A model generated the notes under the pieces. That model did not search any database. It saw nothing but the letters and a program-made list of their open reading frames with translations, and was not told the origin of the DNA. From assembly GCA_013115125.1 (NCBI GenBank), contig JABANN010000021.1, forward strand, positions 62,001 through 124,758: 62,758 nucleotides of DNA, read 5' to 3'. The translations under genes and the position numbers were made by a program. Positions 23,147 to 35,700 of this stretch are shown here, one piece after another. Numbering within the stretch: position 1 is the first letter of the stretch; each line of letters opens with the position of its first letter. This stretch comes from Perkinsus olseni. Lineage: Eukaryota.

Positions 23147-25961
23147 ATGTTTCCTAGCTCGGCCCTCATGGTGGCACTACTGTGCATACCTGCAGCAGGT
23201 CAGAGCACTGTTGTGCATCTCAACCAGTGGAGGTTGCCATTGCGTAACGGGAGCAGCGAAGATACCATCACTTCTAAAGGTGAGGGAGCCATTGGCGACT
23301 TCGCATAGTGCCCGTTTGCCACTAAAAATGTCCTCGTTATCAAGCGGAATCCTTCCAGGCCTGAGCTAAGAGAGTTCTCGGCGTGCTGACAGTTCTCTTC
23401 TTAGACGTCTTCTTAGGTACTCTGAAGCACATGCAGACTCTGAGACTGCAGGACATCGCCACCAACGGTTCACGTTTTGGTGGGCTTAGCTCGATCATTG
23501 TGGCACCGAATGGTTCGGGACTGCTGGCCATCTCTGACAGAGGGTAGGTCCTCTAAGAGGGTGGCGGATATCCGGGTGGCGCTGGGCACTGGGAAAGACT
23601 ATTAGTTGTCAGGGCGTTCGAGGACATGAGCCTTGGGTCTTTGACTGTCGACGGAGAGTATAACGTAACCGAGGTCAGGAATCCTGATTCAGGATATATC
23701 CCATGTATGACCCTCAGGGGAACATCATACCGTTCGGGACTGGCCAAGGTGAGCTCATCACTCTGTTTAACTTTGCTGCTGTTGCTCCGATATCACCGAC
23801 AGTATTCGCGTTGAACGATTTTACGAGGCTGATAACTTATCAGTGATAAGAGTCTTTTCCGAAAGAATGGCTGCATTGTACTTGTGATTCACGCGGCGGC
23901 GCCGGCAACTTGCAATACCCATCAGAGGCCCTTGGTCACCAAGGCTTGGTGAAAACCGCCCTAACTCGTAAGTTAAAGACACGGTTGGAAGTTGATCAGA
24001 TCGTGGATGTTGGTCAAAGTTCCAGCTAGAAAACAGAGGCTTCGTGTATCGAGTTGCGGGAGGGTAGTCTGACTAATAGGCGAAGAATGGGGGAATATAC
24101 GGTAGATAGCGAGATGAACAACGCGGCCGCCGCATTACGGCCATTGAACAACGCTAAACGACGGCTTGATAATTGAATTCAGTTCGGAATGGTACTCAAC
24201 GAGCTGCAGTTTGACGGGCTGATCTTGCCGATGGCAAGCTTCCACTGCCACCTCCTGGCATCGAGAAATGAGGGTTGTTGATATAGTGAAGAGTAATTCA
24301 GCCGTTTGTGATATCCGACCGATAAGGCCCGCGAGGATTTCCGTTTGTGATGAACAATCCTGAGCAATGAACTTACCTGTTGGGACTTCCGCTTTTCTTC
24401 TCCGCTTTTCTTATTCCTGTTTTTCTTCTCAATCAAGTTTCTCTGCGACGATGCTGTATTTTGATGGCACGAATTTCGTAGGTGACGCGGAAGGTTTGAC
24501 CATCAACGGCTATTACGAGGGCGGAGGCGGGGGTGAGCTTTACGTCAGTTATGAAGGGGATCACCGAGTGCTGAAGTTACTTCAGTGAAGTAGGCGATGG
24601 ATGGTACACGGCCGATCGGGGCTTGTATCATCTACGTGGTTCTCAGCTTCCCCAACGGAGTTGAGTCACGAAGGAGCACTCGGCTAAACGTATCGTATCT
24701 GTTCGCGCACTGTCCGAGTAACGGAGGGTTGGAAGCAATACTCAAGCAACGTATCTTGGAGAGCTAACCTCGACCTCGTAGGCATCTCAAGTTGCATCAG
24801 GTCCCACTGCGGGCGTCGACGGACTCCTACTAATGTTGTGTGAGGAGCCTTCCAACTCCTCGGTCCCCACGACTGACCCGCAAGGGAGGATAGTCCTTCC
24901 TGGATGGGCCTATAATGAGACCTCCGTAAGACATCAAACGCTTCTATCTTGAGGTATGTAGTCCAATCGGATTGTCTGTGTCGTTTACAATGATGATTTG
25001 CATACCAGCTGCGAACGACACTGCACTACTGCACTTAGCACTGCTGAGTTAGCAGGTCAATGTAGAATTTCCGATTTCAGTCCAACGACTTGTTTCATCC
25101 CACCGATATGGCGGAGCTGAATGGTGGTGACATGATGATACTCTTCAGAAGGTGAGCTGTTCAGCAACCATGTCTTGTACTAACGAGCCACCCTTTTAGG
25201 TTCGTCCCCACAGAGGGTAATGGAATGAGGATTGGTTATGTTACGAAGGGGGAGCTAGACCAGGCTATGGCTGTTGGAGGGACTTTGAACCCACAAATAA
25301 TTGCCGAAGTTCGGACTCGTGACGGGTGAGTTGCAGATCTGAGACTTTCTCAGCTCTCTATACTCCCCTCCGCCAATTCTTACATGGGTGATACCTTCCA
25401 CCCGATGCTATATGTTTCCGCCCTTCAGAAGCATATATTAGGATATTATGGCCAAAGGCCTTGGGTCGGTGAGGCATTGCTTCACCTTCCCTACACTGGA
25501 GGGTCTACAGTACAGTCGTGCACGATCTAACACTCTTGAATCAATAGCCTTCAAAGGGGACGTTCCTTACTTGTCCCCTCTCGCTGTTATTGGTCTGTGA
25601 CTGCAATTCGTTGTCCTCTCATCGATCTCTTTAGTGGTGAAGCCTTAATACTAGGTACATTATCGACAACGAAGAGGCGCTGGCTATCCGAGAGGATCCG
25701 ACCACTGGACGAACCTTTGTTTATACCCTCAGCGATAACAACTACAACGAGGTGGGTTGCACTTGCACTGCGATTGAACACGATCGTAATACACCTTAGG
25801 TTAGACAGAAGACATTATTGTCGACATACGAGTGGGTCGCTGCTGCTGGCACCGCTACACCACCGCCGACCACTACTGCTGTACCCTCACTGGCCACCTC
25901 CCCCACCTCATACTCTCTGATACTCTTCTTAACCTATATTGTCCCGTCCACCTACTACTGA
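23147..25961 (+). CDS. Phytase-like secreted protein with GPI-anchor-like tail, copy 2
   Basis: Paralog of copy 1: MFPSSALMVALLCIPAAG signal peptide; FGGLSSI...ISDRG; GDAEGLT; NGGLEA; IDNEEALA...LSDNNY; P/T-rich stalk then a hydrophobic end. Confidence 0.75.
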
Positions 25962-26731
25962 AGTATGAGCATTGACATAACCTAACAGCCTATGAATAGG
26001 TATGTATGAGCGTCTTAGCGCGGTCAATGGCGCTGGGATGTGCAGGGATTCCAGACGAAGTTTGGCTTTAGCCTGAACTATTGTCTTTAACAACGTCGAC
26101 TTGTAAGGTTTCCTTATGTTGGGTAGTCTCGTATTCCCAACGATGAGGGTGACCTTTACTAGAACCTTTCAATGCCTCATTTTATTGTTAGTATCGCCGC
26201 TCGAATGTTCACATATCAGCGCCCTGCATGGGCCGGCCCTGGCAGGCTCGACTGCTTCTACTCTCAGTACAATCTGTTGCGCTCAGTGATATCCGCTAGG
26301 CAGAAGTGCCTTCTCCCCGGCTGATCGATTCGCGACACGAGCCCTCTTCCCAATGTTAAGCGAGTTCGCGGACGGTAGACCGGGATTTTATTGAATGATG
26401 CACATTGTGTGTCGAAGGAAACAGTTGCCGTTGATCTGGGGAAGATGGGCATGATCTCGGAGACTAAAGAAGAGACTAAAAATTTGGTTTCGAAAGTCGC
26501 ACCCGGCACTGCTTCTTGCGTATTCAGAACTTGCGAATCAAAAGTGAGTCTCACGTGGTTTAGGAACACCCTCTACCATACCTCCTGCAGCGCTGGTCGA
26601 TAGGGCCTAGTGAGACGTTCCTGGCAATCGTGTGATAAACTTGGAAATGGTCTCACGAAGGTGCCAATCGGACTTCGATAGTTCTACCGTACGACTTGTC
26701 GCAGAATGCTACTCTACCTGTGCGACTTCTT

Positions 26732-29700
26732 ATGACTACCCACCTTCGCCACTTCATATGCTTCCTGGCAGGGGTGGCCGAGGCACAGATCAATCTCGAG
26801 ATCATGCAGGAGAGGGTGCCGTTGAAGCGAGACGCTGAGTTCGGGACAACCGACTTCCATTCACGTTTTGGTAATGCTGGGTGGCCGCGATGATGCGCTC
26901 ACATGGGGCGAGACGTAACGACGGGTCACTTAGTCTCCAGTGGACAGTGTAGGTGAATTTTTCCTAGGATATTTTCTTCTCAAAGAAGGGAGCAGCCCAT
27001 GATTCGCCTTCTCAGGCATACTACGGCACTTCCTCAGTCTACGTTTACGACCACAGGATGATACACAAGGCGACGTTTTTGGAGGTTTGACCTCTTTAAC
27101 GGTATCGTCGGATGGGACGCAGCTCGTAGCTTTGGATAAAAAAGGGTAACGCGGTAACTCGGATCTGAGATGTTCATGTGGCTACTCTGGTTTCGATAAG
27201 GTACTTCACTAAATTCCGAGTGCAGCGCGGAGACGGTGGGTCGACGTTGAAAATTGGTGAGGTGGCCTTATACGAGATGAAGGCGGCTAATGGGTCCTCT
27301 CTAGTGGACAACTCAACTGCAACTACCAGTAGTAGGGAATGAGGGTCAGATCGTCGTGCGTATTCGCAAGATGCTATTGCCAACTCTGCCGGTCGTTTGT
27401 GATGGGGTTCACTAACAACGTTTTCAGAATCCTTTGGGGGCTTAGCAGCTGTCGGAGACGGCCACTACGCAGATGGCGCCCGGTTGTACGTTTGTGGAAT
27501 CAGGAGTGGTGAACTCGTGGGGTACTATCACGAGAGCGAGCGCGTCTCGTCCTATGGTCCGTCTGCACTGGCCAGCGTGTGTATCAGATTCCCCAATGGC
27601 GTTACGTCCAGTCGAAGCGAGATGGTGGATCTGGGGAGCGACGTTGGGAGGTGCCCCGGGAACACGGGTCCTGGGCCCCTTCAATACAAAGGTCCGACAG
27701 GAAGGCGTGCTTCCGACCAATGGACTTGGACCAGAATTATCAGCCTTCTATTAACGGCTGATGCCGTCAAAGTTTCACGATGAATCATTTTTCCCACTAT
27801 TGACATAATACGCAAGCTTGGGCCTATAGTCTTCTCGCGCGGACATAAGCGTCCCGGATGAAATTTCCTTCGCTTGTACCACGCTTGAAAGCTTCTTCAC
27901 TCAAGAACTTGACTGTACCATGGTGTAACTCACGCAGTGAATGTAGCCGCCCTCGCTTACAGATCTGGACGAAGGCATCCTATTGGTTCTCTGTGGACGT
28001 CCTGAAGGTGGTCGTGGGACGATTCCGATATGGTCCTATAATATGGTGAAGAAGCAGGCGGCGGAGTTTTCTATGGAGGCAGGCTTTGATACTTCCCTTG
28101 AATCCACACAACGAAGTCTTTTCAGTCAGTTGATAGCTTCGATGTTGTTGACATCACGGAACTGCCTAGTGGCGATTCGCTCTTGCTTATGAGAAGGTAA
28201 GAACGTACGCCCACTTCCTCTCGATCTCGACGTCGCCAATGACAGTGTCTAGTATGGCATACTTGAACTTGCCCTATTAGATTAGCAATCATGACGTGAC
28301 TAGCGCTCGCCTTGTCAGCCAGTTTCATTTCTTAACGCTTCTCGAGGAACATTACGGCGGCTCAGTACGTCTGATGCTATACAATGCCTTCATATTGAGG
28401 CTACCCTCTGCAGTGAATCAAGTCTAACTACAGTATAGCGCAGTACTACGCCGATCGTCATCAGTCGGCACTATAAGTCTTGGCTCAAGCCTTCCCTCAC
28501 CTGAATTGGTACGCGTGGAACCGATCAAAGAAGGAGAAATGTCGAAAATTCAATTTTCGACATTTTTCAAAATTGTTGTTGAACTCGGTAACGTCGACGA
28601 TTCCGCGATCGCAGATGGGTTTAAGGGAAACTGTAGACTGTATGTGCGATGCATCGCAAGATGCGCAAAGATACTCGTATCTTGAAACGGCTGTCTGCAT
28701 GAAACGGCTGTAGCTGAGGTTCGATTGAGAGCCGAAAACAATAAGACTTTTGATCCCCCTTGACCTCTGATCTGTGTTGATATATGACTAATCCTTCTAA
28801 AGCGGACGACCCCGATGACTCCGCGCATTCTACCGGGATCAAAACTAGGCACTCACCACGCCTAGGTCCTGAAGGTTCTCTACAACCTTTGCTGGTCGAA
28901 GCGACGACCCACATCATCGAGACCAACAGAAAAGTCAATAAGGAGATGTTCCAAGCCCTAACCAACCAGCTCGCTGAGACCAACAAGATGCTGTCGAATC
29001 AAATGGCTGCTCTCTGCAACGCTATGTCCGAGACGGTGCACAGTATGAGGACATCCCCAACACCCAGCCAACAGAGTTTCCCTACCGATGACACTTTGAA
29101 GCCCGGTCGAAAGACTAGTAAGTCTGTCAACATCAGCAACGACGAGGCAGCTACCAAAGCCAAGAAGACGGTCGACAAGGCAGATCTATCCTTCCTCGGA
29201 TCCCATAGCAACGGGGTAACCAACTACTGGACCGGCGACAGCGACGACAGATCGGTAACAAGGCTGAAGACCCTCTTAGAAGGTCAGCATCTATACCGGT
29301 TCGGCGACTGGGCAGTTAAGTATTTGCTGTGTCTCCGAGTACTAGCCCCGTCCATCCGAGAGGTGGCAGCTATGACAGTGGAGCACAGCAATATGTGCAG
29401 CACCTTCGAGGATCTGCACGATGCTCTCTGGGTCTACCTGACTAAGGAGTACTCTTCATCTCATGACGATGAGACCTCTAGAGGAAAGCTCCAAGCCTTG
29501 AAGATGAACACTGTGAAGAACGACGCCGAAGTTGTAACGGCATATGATCGCTATCTTCAACGCTTCGGGTTGATCCGTATCGAGTTCTTGCATGAGCATG
29601 TGGAAGACTGTGAGAGCTCTCGCCTAAGGAACTCAGAAGAACTAGCTCATTATTTCTACCATGGGCTCTCCGATCGTGTCAAGCACAAGCTCATATCGGA

Positions 29701-32700
29701 GATCAAGGACGCTGCCATCTACAAAGACCTAGACCGGTTGAAGGACATCACGAGGCACGTGTGTCGAGTTCTATCCAAGAAGGCCAAGACCAAGTCACCA
29801 TCGGCTCCCGCGCTTAACTCTCAAGAAGAAATCGTCGACATCTCCCGTCCCTTCTACAACCGGTCACTCCGACAAACTGAAGCCAACAACGTGGAGGCTA
29901 CTATCACCAATGACCACATAAAGACCTTCAAGTGTCAGCGATGCCTCTCCAATGATCACTCTACTGTGCTCTGCCCTGCCTCGGACGTGAGTCTTCCTGC
30001 TTGTCGTTGCAGAACGTGCGGTATGGTTAACCATCCAGAAGCCTCTGCACCATGTCCCTCCCTGATGAAAGGACCTATCACGTGCATGAGATGTTCCGGC
30101 CAAGGCCATTTTGCTCGGGCTTGTCAGGCCAAGGAGCTGAGACCGATGCCTGTGGAGCAGAGGAAGCTGATCTTCGACAGAGTTAAGGCGAAGAGAACAC
30201 CGACAACAACGACGGTAAAAGACTCCCAGGTGAATCTAGTTGCGCTATCGACTAGCAAAACCCGATCGGACTCTAGCTTGACCAACATCGACATCTACCT
30301 GAACACGGACAACAAGCTCCGCTACAAGCAGTCAGCTCTGGTCGATTCCGGTGCTTCTCACTGCTTCATCCATCCCGACCTGATTCACCAATGGAACAGG
30401 GCTGGGGTCGAGATGAAGGTCCTCCCGGCAGGACACGCGGCGACCAGTAGCGACGGCTCGAAGGACCCTATACCCATCGGCACGGCCGTGGTGCTTCCGG
30501 TGACCTTCTCCACTACCGAGTGTGCCACTATCACCATCAAGTGCTACGTCTACCCCGACCTTAGCCACCAAATGTTGTTGTCTAGTTCTGTGCTGCGAGA
30601 AGCTGGTTGCCTGTGGTTCATGCTCCCAGGATATGCCGATTGTATGCTCCTCGGAGAGTCGGCACAAGAGCTCCGAGACATCCTCGATACCCTCGGCATC
30701 CTCGATACCCTCGGCATCCAGCCTCTCCCACTAGAACGATCATCCTCCCTGGCCCCCGACCATCTCAGCCTCAACTGCCTCAACCTTCAAGCCTTATGCT
30801 ACGACGGCCTGGAGACCAACTGGGAATCTACCCATCGCCTGATGTCTTGTACCTTGCAGCTTGGGACTGGTAACGGTGGGCCGGAAAGCTCCGACCTTTA
30901 CGCCGATGAACAAGAAGCACTCCGTCGGTGCGAGGAACTCGCCATTGCTCAGTCTCCTATGTCAGTACCGCCGACCGAGGCATTTGTCGCTGACTTCGAG
31001 AGTACGGAAGATCTCGCATCTCGGTGCTTCGACATCCACTTGCAGCGAGATCCAGAGAGCGCCCCTGACGGTCGGCCAGTACTGAGAGTACCATGGAAGT
31101 CCGAGCTCAGACCACCAGTCAACAGCAACAAGGCCAGGCGCTGTGATCTGGCCATCATGAGGAAGCTCCCCTATGGCAAGAAGGAAGATTTCCGCAAGAA
31201 GATATACGAGTTCGTCTCGTATGGTTTCTGCACACCGACCACGGCGGCAGACTCTGATGCTCAGCTCGAAGCCTACATGGAGTCGGTTCGTGACGACATA
31301 GACAAAGGGCATGTGCCGACTTCCTCTTTGACGGGGCGGTTCATCCGGGCATTCTGTGTTCATGACCCTGTGAGTGTCTCGACACCCATTCGGGTCGTTT
31401 TGGATGCTCGCCCTGACAACTTGTTCACCCACGCCTTCCCTGTTGGAGAGAGGTCCTCATCATCGTCACTGGAGGGTAACCTCCTCTATTGGAGGAGTGG
31501 GAGATACTACTTCAGCATGGATATCAGCAAGGCGTTTCTGTCCCTATCCATCCACCCTGCGGATCGACCTTATTGTGGTGTCCAAGCTGCGGGATGCACT
31601 CTCCAGTTTGGAGCAGTGTACTTTGGAGCCGGGTGGGCTCCGAGAGGACTCCAAGAGAGCACAGAGCACCTCAAGGGCATATGGAAGGATGATCTTCAAG
31701 GCCTACCTCCACGGGTGCGGTTCCTGCCCGATGAAAGGAGAGCAGTGGCACCAGACCTTGTGCCGCCCGCGCCTCCTGCACCTACCAAGCTCCCGCCACC
31801 AGATGATATCGACAGCTTGAAGCTCTACCTCGACGATGTTGTTGCTGCTGGATCGGAGCCTGAACGGTTGTTGGTTCTGCGCGACTTCGCTCGGTACAAG
31901 TTCAGTCGCCATGGACTTCACTGCAACCCCCTGAAGGACAACCACAACCTACCGAGCCAAGACCACCCGGCCGACGACGCCAAAACCTCTCGCCACTTGG
32001 GCTACAGTTACCTACCGGCCAGCGACGAGTTGGTGATGGCTTATGGCACCGGCCGTGGTTCCTGTTCGTCGACCTTGCCTGAGACCACACTGACGAGAGC
32101 CCAGGCGGTGAGTGTCCTCAGCGCTCTGTTCGACCCGGTAGGCCTTTGGAGTGAGTGCAGCAATGGAGCCCGATTACTTCTCCGCAAGCTTGCAGCTTCC
32201 AAGTCTTGCTGGTCGACGCCCATCAGTGCTGATCTTGATGCTGAGGTGCGCCACTGGCGAGAGACCGCCCGGAGCTGCTCCTACAGGATGTCTCGCCACC
32301 TAGACTTCGAGAATGGCCAGCTCACGGGGTTCTCGGACAGCTCTGGTGAGCTGTGGTGCTGCGATGTCAGAATCGCATCGCTGAACCAGATTGACCTGAC
32401 GGCCTTCAACAGGATCACCTGCAAGTACGGTTACTGTGATGACCCAGTCGGACGGCCTCGGACAATTGTCATGAAGGAGCTCGACGCTTTGGCTCGGTTA
32501 TGTGATCTTCTTCAGCACATACAGCAGCTGGTGGCGCTCATGGGCATCAAAGTGGGAGCTAACTTTCACAACGTGGCATTATTCTGCGACTCCGAGATAG
32601 TCATCTGGAAGCTGCTGAACTACGGCAGGACAAGAGGGTCGCTGCCATGCTTTGAGGACAATAGGCTCAAGAGGATACATCACTTCATCTCGAAGGAGGG

Positions 32701-35700
32701 CTATAACGCTACGGTCTACCACATTGCCGGTGACGGGAATCCAGCTGACCGCCCGACGAGGCCCACATCCGCTCCTATGGGTGACAATCAGATCCGCGGC
32801 GCCGTGGTTGGAGCACTGGAGAAGGCCTTTGTGTTCAACTCCACTACTGCGAGGTCCAATTTGGCCATGGCAGACCACAAGAAGAAAGAACCTTCCCTCA
32901 CTGTCCACAACGCCGAGATTCTCGATGACCTAGATCTACAAAAAGCGATTCGTCACTCCCAACAACAAGATCCGGTGTGCCAAGGAGTGAGGAGTGCCGT
33001 GAGGAACTCCGAGGTCGGGGACCTTGCGCACAGCAAGAACCGTCAGCTTCGGGACAAGATGGTGGTCGACGGCGTTGTCAAGATTCGGACCCTAGACTGG
33101 ACTGATGAGAGCGCCCCCAAGATCGGAGGATGCAAGTTCCTCGTCCCGGACTTCGACAGGGCACTGCAGATCCGAATCCTCCGGCGCTGTCATGAACTCA
33201 AGAGGCACTGCGGGGTATCGGCCTTCCAGAGATATGTTGGCTCACGCTTTCACTGGAAGAAGGTTAAGGCCGACTGCAAACGGCATGTCGCTGCTTGCCC
33301 GGTGACCGACCGTGACCGTGCTCCCCAGAACCTCAACAAGGCCTTCGGCGGTTCAGCATCCTGGCGCTCCGGCTTCCGTCCTATGGAATGCTGGGGTATT
33401 GATATCTGCGGTCCGTTCCGCCGAGTTGCAGCTGCTGATGACTCTTACTCCGATGACGAGTCCATATCGACCACATCCATCTCTGATGTTGAAGTCTATG
33501 TCTTCACAGCGACCTGCGTCGCCAGCGGGTACCTTATGACTAGGACGATGTCACGGAAGAGTTCGGCAGCATGCGCCGCAGCTATCCGGTCTCTTATCGC
33601 CGCAGAAGACTACCCGCACTGCCTCATTTCAGATCAAGATAAGGCCTTTTGCTCCAAGGAGTTCCAGATGGCCGTCAAGAGCTTTCCATTCTCGGTGCAG
33701 CAGCTGACGGTCCCGAGGTTTTCTCCGTGGCTGAGAGGGTGGTACGAGAGGATCCACCGAGAACTGGTACAGGCCTTGAGGGCGGCCATCAACAGCGACC
33801 AATCCCAACACCAAGCATGGACCGACACCGTCCAGGACTGTACCAGAGCTCTCAATGTGACTCCCTACTCCGACGTATCACCCCTTGCCCCCTGGCACTT
33901 GGTCAAAGGATACCCATCTCGCCACGACGTCACCAGTCACGGTCACCCCACCGACTACAACTCCAAGTTGAACCTGCAGTCTCCGAGATGGTACCAAGAT
34001 CTCCAAGACCTTTCTCAAGAACTTCGAGAGCAACGACAGGTGACCCTGAAGGGTTACCTGGATTTCTGGAAGGACCGCCGTGACGAGATGTACCACCGAG
34101 CCATACTCGACCGTGGCTCCGACCATCGAAGTGACTTGGCCGACGGCTGCGTGGTGTACCGTTGGGCCCCCCGCGAGGACAAGCTGGCCTACCAGTGGAT
34201 GGGACCCTTTATTTTTCAAGGGTTTCATGGTGATGGTAGGTCTATGGGCGTCATTCAGGACCCGACAACTGGAGCCACCACCATCGAGTCGATGCTCAAC
34301 CTCAAGAAGTCCTATGCGGATCCCACGATCTCATGCGCAGTCAACTATGGCCTCCCCCCTCTTCCGGTCGGTACACGGATCTCAATGCCCTTCTCCACCA
34401 ATGGTAGAGACCAAGACTACGAAGGAGTGATTGAGCAGGTTAACCCCAATGGCCTTTTGACGATATTGTTCGATGATGGAGAACGATACGACGACATTGA
34501 CCCCAAGAAAGAGAAGGTCACGGCTATGAGCTGATTCACTATTCGTTCTTATGTATGGTTCTAACCGGTGATATATTTTTGCTAATTAGTTACACCATTG
34601 ACCGTATATATGCATTCACCATTTTGGCCCCCTGGCAATGTGCGATGCATCGCAAGATGCGCAAAGATACTCGTATCTTGAAACGGCTGTCTACATGAAA
34701 CGGCTGTAGCTGAGGTTCGATTGAGAGCCAAAAACAATAAGACTTTTGATCCCCCTTGACCTCTGATCTGTGTTGATATATGACTAATCCTTCTAAAGCG
34801 GACGACCCCGATGACTCCGCGCATGTACGACGTATGCTGTACGCGAGTGTTGGCGCGAAGAAGGCGCTCTATGCACCACAACTTATGATGCAGCAGAACC
34901 AGTGAAGGCCCCTGTGTCCAGAATACCGAGTCCGACCTGATGCAGCCTCCGCTAGGGGAAGGAATGATATGACGGCAGATACATCCCGTTGAGCATCTCT
35001 TACTTTTGATACGACTTGCGTGAAGCTACAGCTGCGCCGTTCGCTTGATTTTTCTCATCATTTTAATATTGAAGCCACTCAGCAGTAGTCATCTGAAAGG
35101 AGGCTGGGAACCCCTAATGCATACCCAGCTCCGGGGAGGCTATGTTCTGCCATCGCTGTTTGTTCTCATCCCTAGACGTGGAGGCGACAATGGTCTCGCC
35201 GTCAAGATCGCCTACGTGAGATGGTCGGAAATATCAAAGGCTATCAATTCTGAAGGTTCCGTCCCGTACGAGATGCTCGCGACCATTAGGGAGGAAGTCG
35301 GGTATGGCGCTCGAGATGCCTTCCGTTCTCGTCTCATTGCGTCCCAGATACGATGTTGAAAACATGGAGGGCATTGCAGCACGCGAAGATCGGGAAAGTC
35401 GCCGAGTTTTAATATATCTACTCAGCAATAACAACTTCGACAAGGTGAGTACTGGATAGAAAGGGTGTCAGAAAGAGTATCCTACTCCCTCGCTCACACT
35501 CTCCGATATTGAAGCCTATCTGTCTATTGGGCTCGAGAACTGGCGCAGTGTTATGCTCGGCTCTTTGATAGATGTTTGCTGTCTCTTCCATCATCAGACG
35601 CGCACAACGGTTTTGTGGGCATTCGAATGGCTGCCGGACTCGGACGCTATCGCTGGGGATGCTGGAAGCTCTAAGTCGTGGTGGTTTTCCATCTTCACTT

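Larger units (their letters stand above)
28643..34823 (+). mobile_element. Full-length BEL/Pao-like LTR retrotransposon
   Basis: 185-bp TG...CA LTRs at 28643-28827 and 34639-34823 with 2 mismatches seen. TGTA target-site duplication at 28639-28642 and 34824-34827. Single gag-pol ORF. Confidence 0.95.

Noticed and set aside
28478-28489. TCTTGGCTCAAG matching the 3' part of the dinoflagellate/perkinsid spliced leader
   Set aside because: The 5' part (CCGTAGCCA) is absent, no GT donor follows, and the same 12-mer occurs inside the SPX coding sequence (9529-9540).
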